The notes under the pieces were generated by a model. The model saw only the letters and a program-made list of their open reading frames with translations, ran no database searches and was not told where the DNA came from. A stretch of DNA of 64,000 bases from Fimbriimonadales bacterium (lineage in GTDB: Bacteria > Armatimonadota > Fimbriimonadia > Fimbriimonadales > JABRVX01). Positions 58,933-64,000 of the stretch are shown piece by piece (the first letter of the stretch is position 1; the number at the start of each line of letters is the position of its first letter). The DNA lies in the NCBI GenBank assembly GCA_045862955.1, contig BTVI01000008.1:36846-100845 (forward strand), given 5' to 3'. Both the position numbers and the translations under genes were made by a program.

Positions 58933-61047
58933 CTAGCGTTGCACGAGCTGTCGGCCTTGTGCGCGACTGACGATCTCCTCCGCAAGATTCTGCGGCACTT
59001 CTTCGTAGTGGGACGGAGTCACGTTCGGAGACGCGCGTCCCTGCGTAAGAGAACGGAGTTCGGTAACGTATCCGAACATCTCCGCCAGCGGGATCTGCGA
59101 CCTAATCACATGCACTCCGCCTGCGGCCGGTTCTGTCGCTTCAATGCGCCCGCGACGTCGGTTGATATCACCCATTACGTCCCCCAGATTCTCCTCTGGG
59201 GTCGTGATCTCGACCGACATGATCGGCTCTTTGAGACAGGGTCGGGCCCTGCTCGCGGCCTCGCGGAACGCCAGTATACCCGCCATCTTGAAAGCGTTTT
59301 CGTTCGAGTCGACCTCGTGGAATTGCCCGTCTAGCAGCCTCACGTGAACGTCTACGACGGGATAGCCTCCCAGCACCCCAGCCTCCATCGCCTCTCGAAC
59401 ACCCTTCTCGATGGCCGGGATGTACTCCCTGGGGATCACCCCACCCACCGTCGCGTTCTCGAACTTGAACCCCTGGCCCTCGGCGAGCGGACCGACCTCG
59501 AGCACGCAAACGCCGAACTGGCCGGAGCCGCCGGTCTGCCGAATGTAGCGGCCCTCCGCCTTCGCGGTCGCACGCACGGTCTCCTTGTAGGCCACCTGGG
59601 GCTTCCCCTTGCTGGGCTCCACGTTGAACTCGCGCTTCAAGCGATCCAGGATGATGTCGAGGTGCAGTTCTCCCATCCCCGAGAGAATAGTCTGTCCCGT
59701 CTCGGCGTCCGTCGAAACGCGCAGCGTGGGGTCTTCCTCGACCAGCTTTTGCAGGGCGACGCTGAGCTTGTCCTGGTCGGCTTTGGACTTGGGCTCGATG
59801 GCCAGGCTGATGACCGGCTCGGGGAACGCGATTCGCTCGAGCAGAATGGGATGGGACTTGGTGCAAAGCGTGTCGCCGGTGAAAACATCGTTGAGGCCGA
59901 TGACCCCTACGATATCACCGGCCTCCGCGGACTCGACGTCCTCTCGAGAGTTGGCGTGCATGTGGAGGATGCGGCCAACCCTCTCCGTCTTCTCCTTGAG
60001 GCCCTGCATGGTCTTGTTGAGCACTACCACTTGCGAGCCCTTCTTCAGCGTGCCGGAGTAGAGCCGTACGTAGGTGAGACGTCCGACGTATGGGTCCGTC
60101 GCGATCTTGAACGCCAAGCCCGACAGCGGGGCCGACGGATCAGGCTCGCGTACGAGCGGCTCACCCGTCTCGGGATGTGTGCCGGTCACCGCGCCCTTAT
60201 CGATCGGGCTGGGGAGGTAATCGACGACCGCGTCTAGCAACGCCTGCACGCCCTTGTTCTTGAAGGACGACCCGCTGAGAGCGGGCACGAGGTCGCAGCT
60301 CAGCGTGGCCTTTCGGATCACGGCCTTGAGCTCCGGGACCGTGATCGCTTCCCCTGCGAGGTACTTCTCCATTAGCGTGTCGTCGAAGTCCGCCAGAGCC
60401 TCGATCAGGGTCTCTCGCCAGGCGTCCACTGCGTCTGCCATTTCGGAGGGCACGTCCCGGACATCGATCTCCAGACCTTCGTCGTCCACGTAGTAGTGGG
60501 CCTTCCTCGTCACGAGGTCTACGAAGCCTACGTAGGAGGACTCGGCACCGATAGGCACCTGAATCGGTACGGCGTTGGAGCCCAAGCGACTCCTAATCTT
60601 CTCCACCACGTCGAAGTAGTCCGCCCCTAGGCGGTCCATCTTATTGATGTAAGCGATGCGTGGGACGCCGTAGCGATTGGCCTGTCTCCATACGGTCTCC
60701 GACTGAGGCTGCACACCACCCACCGCGCAGAACACTGCCACCACGCCGTCCAACACTCTCAGGGACCGCTCCACTTCCACGGTGAAGTCCACGTGGCCGG
60801 GGGTGTCGATGATATTGATGCGGTGATCGTTCCAGTAACACGTAGTGGCTGCGGAGGTGATCGTGATACCACGCTCCTGCTCCTGAGCCATCCAGTCCAT
60901 GGTGGCGGCGCCTTCGTGCACCTCTCCCATCCTATGGATGCGACCGGTGTAGTACAGCATCCGCTCCGTAGTCGTCGTTTTCCCGGCGTCTATGTGAGCG
61001 GCGATGCCGATGTTCCTGGTCTGTTGTAGGCTAGGAGATGGGGGCAT
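58933..61047 (-). CDS. fusA: Elongation factor G (canonical)
   Basis: [31 protein letters not shown]. Confidence 0.98.
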   Translation of the reverse strand: MPPSPSLQQTRNIGIAAHIDAGKTTTTERMLYYTGRIHRMGEVHEGAATMDWMAQEQERGITITSAATTCYWNDHRINIIDTPGHVDFTVEVERSLRVLDGVVAVFCAVGGVQPQSETVWRQANRYGVPRIAYINKMDRLGADYFDVVEKIRSRLGSNAVPIQVPIGAESSYVGFVDLVTRKAHYYVDDEGLEIDVRDVPSEMADAVDAWRETLIEALADFDDTLMEKYLAGEAITVPELKAVIRKATLSCDLVPALSGSSFKNKGVQALLDAVVDYLPSPIDKGAVTGTHPETGEPLVREPDPSAPLSGLAFKIATDPYVGRLTYVRLYSGTLKKGSQVVVLNKTMQGLKEKTERVGRILHMHANSREDVESAEAGDIVGVIGLNDVFTGDTLCTKSHPILLERIAFPEPVISLAIEPKSKADQDKLSVALQKLVEEDPTLRVSTDAETGQTILSGMGELHLDIILDRLKREFNVEPSKGKPQVAYKETVRATAKAEGRYIRQTGGSGQFGVCVLEVGPLAEGQGFKFENATVGGVIPREYIPAIEKGVREAMEAGVLGGYPVVDVHVRLLDGQFHEVDSNENAFKMAGILAFREAASRARPCLKEPIMSVEITTPEENLGDVMGDINRRRGRIEATEPAAGGVHVIRSQIPLAEMFGYVTELRSLTQGRASPNVTPSHYEEVPQNLAEEIVSRAQGRQLVQR

Positions 61048-61050
61048 GGT

Positions 61051-61521
61051 CTACCACTTATAATGTGCGAATGCTTTGTTGGCGTCGGCCATGCGGTGAG
61101 TGTCCTCCCGCTTCTTGACCGCCGCGCCAGTGTTGTTGTAGGCGTCGAGCAACTCCGCTGTCAGCTTGTCCACCATGTTCTTGCCGGAGCGCTTTCGGGC
61201 GAAGGTGATGAGCCAGCGCAGTGTTAGGGATCGCTTGCGCAGGGGGTTCACTTCCACGGGTACCTGGTAGGTCTGACCACCCACGCGTCGCGAGCGCACC
61301 TCGACCTGAGGTGTGACGTTTGCCAACGCCCGCTCGAACACTTCGATGGCAGGCTTGCCAGTGCGCTCTTCGAGAGCCTTGAGCGCGGTGTAAGTGATCT
61401 TCTCCGCAACGGACTTCTTGCCGCGCAGCATAAGACGATTGATGAACCGCTGCACCATCTCGTTGCCGTACACCGGGTCCGGGGGAATGCGTCTTCGCTG
61501 TGCCGCTGCTCTCCTTGGCAT
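61051..61521 (-). CDS. rpsG: 30S ribosomal protein S7
   Basis: [24 protein letters not shown]. Confidence 0.98.
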   Translation of the reverse strand: MPRRAAAQRRRIPPDPVYGNEMVQRFINRLMLRGKKSVAEKITYTALKALEERTGKPAIEVFERALANVTPQVEVRSRRVGGQTYQVPVEVNPLRKRSLTLRWLITFARKRSGKNMVDKLTAELLDAYNNTGAAVKKREDTHRMADANKAFAHYKW

Positions 61522-61535
61522 GTGTTAGGTCCTCC

Positions 61536-61916
61536 TTACGACGACGCCTTCGGGCGCTTGCTACCGTACTTGCTCCGCCCGCGCATGCGGTTAGCAGTTC
61601 CGGCAGTCTGCTGGGTGCCTCGGATGATGTGGTAGCGCACTCCGGGCAGGTCCTTCACACGGCCGCCTCGCACCAGAACCACACTGTGCTCCTGCAGGTT
61701 GTGGCCGATGCCGGGGATATATGCGGTTACCTCGATGCCGTTGGTGAGACGCACACGGGCGACCTTCCGAAGAGCCGAGTTCGGCTTCTTCGGGTTGACC
61801 GTACGCACGACAGTGCACACGCCGCGACGCTGTGGATTCCCCTGCAGCGCAGGCGACTTGCTCTTGGTTTTCGGGGTCATACGCCCCTTGCGAACCAGTT
61901 GATTAACCGTTGGCAT
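61536..61916 (-). CDS. rpsL: 30S ribosomal protein S12
   Basis: [20 protein letters not shown]. Confidence 0.98.
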   Translation of the reverse strand: MPTVNQLVRKGRMTPKTKSKSPALQGNPQRRGVCTVVRTVNPKKPNSALRKVARVRLTNGIEVTAYIPGIGHNLQEHSVVLVRGGRVKDLPGVRYHIIRGTQQTAGTANRMRGRSKYGSKRPKASS

Positions 61917-61961
61917 TCATCCTCCGATATCGCTCGGGTCGGACTTCTTGCCCGACACACC

Positions 61962-61994
61962 AAAAAAGCCCTCATCCGCGCGTGCGGAGGGCTC
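61962..61994 (-). terminator. Intrinsic terminator-like hairpin within the rpsL leader
   Basis: Minus strand AGCCCTCCGC-ACGC-GCGGATGAGGGCTTTTTT (bulged stem plus U6). Confidence 0.65.
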
Positions 61995-62019
61995 ATCGTC
62001 GTTTTCGGCCTCGTGCGGC

Positions 62020-62073
62020 TCAGAATTCGTCGCTTTGCCTTCTTGCTGCCGGCCCACGGAAACCCCGGGCCAC
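62020..62073 (-). CDS. Putative 17-aa leader peptide MARGFRGPAARRQSDEF
   Basis: SD TAAGGAGG about 8 nt before GTG; lies between the promoter and the terminator. Confidence 0.45.
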   Translation of the reverse strand: MARGFRGPAARRQSDEF

Positions 62074-62141
62074 GGCTACGCCCTCCTTACAATCGCTTCG
62101 GACTGGCAGGCGGATCGGCTGCGCCGAGCCGCCGAGGGGGG

Positions 62142-62171
62142 ATTGTGTCCCACCTTCCATGATTTTGTCAA
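62142..62171 (-). promoter_or_regulatory. Putative sigma70 promoter of the rpsL supercluster
   Basis: TTGACA-N18-CACAAT. Confidence 0.6.
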
Positions 62172-62280
62172 CACGGCTCAGGAAAAGAAGCTTTTGGGCC
62201 GGCTGCGGGGACGAGGAACGCGGCAAACGAGCCGTCGAACAGCCAAACCAGGCAGAATTGCTGGCTTCTGGGCATCACTG

Positions 62281-62318
62281 AAAGCAAAAGGGAAGCGGGC
62301 CGGGGGCCCGCTTCCCTT
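62281..62318 (-). terminator. Intrinsic terminator of the 62384-62653 gene
   Basis: 13-bp stem AAGGGAAGCGGGC/GCCCGCTTCCCTT running into TTTTGCTTT on the minus strand. Confidence 0.8.
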
Positions 62319-62383
62319 GTTCCTCCGCGCTAAGTCGACTATGGAAACCGAGAGACGTGAAACATCCGCGTCAGGCCTCTTCT

Positions 62384-62653
62384 TCAGCCGCGCTGTGGCA
62401 GGACGCTCAGCGGGTTAATTGGAGGCAGCTCGAGGTGCAGAGCCACGGCGTGCAGAACGTCCGTCGGGTCCACGTACACGAACTGATTGCCGAAGCTGTC
62501 ACTCACGATCCAGCCGTTCTCGCGGGCCTCGACCGTGACGGAGCACGCGACGTGGTCGAGCAGACTCGAAAACGAGTAGGAGCCGCGTCCGACCCCCTGT
62601 GCGACAGAGTACGGGACCGGATAAGCGACGTTGTGGCCGTCGTAGCTGGGCAT
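62384..62653 (-). CDS. Small hypothetical protein (89 aa)
   Basis: SD GAAGGAGG, ATG 62653, own terminator. Confidence 0.65.
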   Translation of the reverse strand: MPSYDGHNVAYPVPYSVAQGVGRGSYSFSSLLDHVACSVTVEARENGWIVSDSFGNQFVYVDPTDVLHAVALHLELPPINPLSVLPQRG

Positions 62654-62723
62654 GGGCCTCGCCTCCTTCTCGAGACAGCGCTTGCTTGTAGTTCTCAAGG
62701 TTCGCTGCAGAAATGCGAACATT

Positions 62724-62752
62724 TAGACGGTCGCACCCACCAAATGGTTGCA
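62724..62752 (-). promoter_or_regulatory. ECF-sigma-type promoter motif
   Basis: TGCAAC-N17-CGTCTA (AAC/CGT ECF consensus). Confidence 0.5.
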
Positions 62753-62893
62753 GGTCCCGGGACCGGAGGCGGGGTCTAGCGGTCGGACGGGTCTTACTCT
62801 CGCCATCCCGGGGGATGTTATCTCTCCGGCGAGGGCGCACGTGAGCCCGCCGACCCGGCGATCTCGGTTCTCGGCCGAGGACGCCGGCACGTT

Positions 62894-64000
62894 CCATGCC
62901 CCGGCCCGCGTCCGCCGGATTGCGCCGGCCCGTCGCAGGCCGCTGACCCGAGGACCGCGCCGGGGCGAGAGTCGGGACAGCCGTGCCCTCGCCGTCGGCA
63001 TGATGGCGGTATCCGATGCAACGCTTGCGGCTTGCGTTCGCATGCTTCGACAGGCTCAGCATGACGGGTAGGGGTGTTACTCCATCCCCCGGCCCGAGGC
63101 TACCGGCAGGGATTATCACGCCAAGGGAGCAGAGACGCGCGATGGTCGCGAAGACCGTCCCCATGCCCCGGCCCGCGTCCGACGGATTGCACCGGCCCGT
63201 CGCAGGCCGCTGACCCGAGGACCGCGCCGGGGCGAGAGACGGGACAGCCGTGCCCTCGCCGTCGGCATGATGGCGGCATCCGATGCAACGCTTGCGGCTT
63301 GCGTTTGCATGCTTCGACAGGCTCAGCATGACGGGTAGGGGTGTTACTCCATGACCCGGCCCGCGTCTGCCGGCAGGGATTGTCACGCCAAGGGAGCAGA
63401 GACGCGCGAAGATCGCGAAGACCGTCCCCATGCCCCGGCCCGCGTCTTCCATGCCTAGACGTTTCGGCTGTCGTCTGCCGCCAAGCCCTCGCCCAGCAAC
63501 CCCCCGAGCAGCCGAACGTCGAGGCACCCAACGTTGCCTGCCTAGACGTTCCATGCCCCGGCTCGCGTCCGACGGATTGCACCGGCCTGTCGCATGCCGC
63601 TAACCCGAGGACCGCGCCGGGGCGAGAGTCGGGACAGCCGTGCCCTCGCCGTCGGCATGATGGCGGCATCCGATGCAACGCTTGCGGCTTGCGTTTGCAT
63701 GCTTCGACAGGCTCAGCATGACGGGTAGGGGTGTTACTCCATGCCCCGGCCCGCGTCCGCCGGCGGGGATTGTCACTCAAAGGAAGCTGAGAAGCGCGGA
63801 GATCATCTCCATGCCCTGGCGCGGTCCTTAGGTTTCCATGCCTAGACGTTTCGGCTGCCCTCTGCCGCCAAGCCCTCGCCCAGCAACTCCCCGAGCAGCC
63901 GAACGTCAAGGCACCCAACGCTGCCTGCCTAGACGTTCCATGCCCCGGCCCGCGTCCGCCGGATTGCGCCGGCCTGCCGCATGCCGCTAACCCGAGGACC
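62894..64000. repeat. Mosaic modular repeat array (A-B-A-B-C-A-B'-C'-A...), runs off the right edge
   Basis: Modules start with CCATGCCCCGGCCCGCG-like sequence at 62894, 63082, 63161, 63349, 63428, 63551, 63739, 63809 and 63938; the 26-mer REP occurs at 63041, 63308 and 63698. Confidence 0.93.

Noticed and set aside
38124..61916. Long plus-strand ORFs antisense to ribosomal and elongation-factor genes
   Set aside because: Typical antisense shadows produced by high-GC codon bias; no recognisable motifs.
61536..61916. Streptomycin-resistance allele of rpsL
   Set aside because: PKKPNS and RVKDLP motifs are wild type.
62723..63918. ORFs across the right-hand repeat array (and similar ones at 19937-21077)
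   Set aside because: They are translations of the repeats (VMLSLSKH, MLRQAQHD, HAEPVEA) appearing in several frames; likely spurious.
1..64000. tRNA, rRNA, transposase, integrase or prophage genes
   Set aside because: None recognised in the intergenic gaps or ORFs.

Overview
High-GC bacterial chromosomal window. PEP-CTERM proteins plus a dockerin/EF-hand-like C-terminal tag suggest Armatimonadota (inference only). About 38.1-61.9 kb is one contiguous minus-strand translation supercluster (rpsL-rpsG-fusA-tuf, S10, spc, alpha, truA-rplM-rpsI), with a second, divergent EF-G gene inserted between rplE and rpsN. The left part holds housekeeping and accessory genes: TPR protein, proS, era, secA, thyX, a TrkA pair, ECF sigma/anti-sigma, secreted beta-propeller proteins and an MFS transporter. 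Main observations: (1) a modular REP/BIME-like repeat system, with two mosaic arrays sharing a 26-bp CGTC-tagged palindrome, nested 17/131-bp periodicity, and solo module copies in convergent intergenic gaps; (2) a protein joining an apparently inactive PRTase fold to a PBECR2-like nuclease domain, behind a small gene; (3) a secreted propeller gene separated from its signal peptide by a frameshift in a G8 tract; (4) a promoter, leader peptide and terminator in front of rpsL. No rRNA, tRNA, CRISPR array or transposase was recognised. All family assignments come from motif recognition by eye, not database searches.
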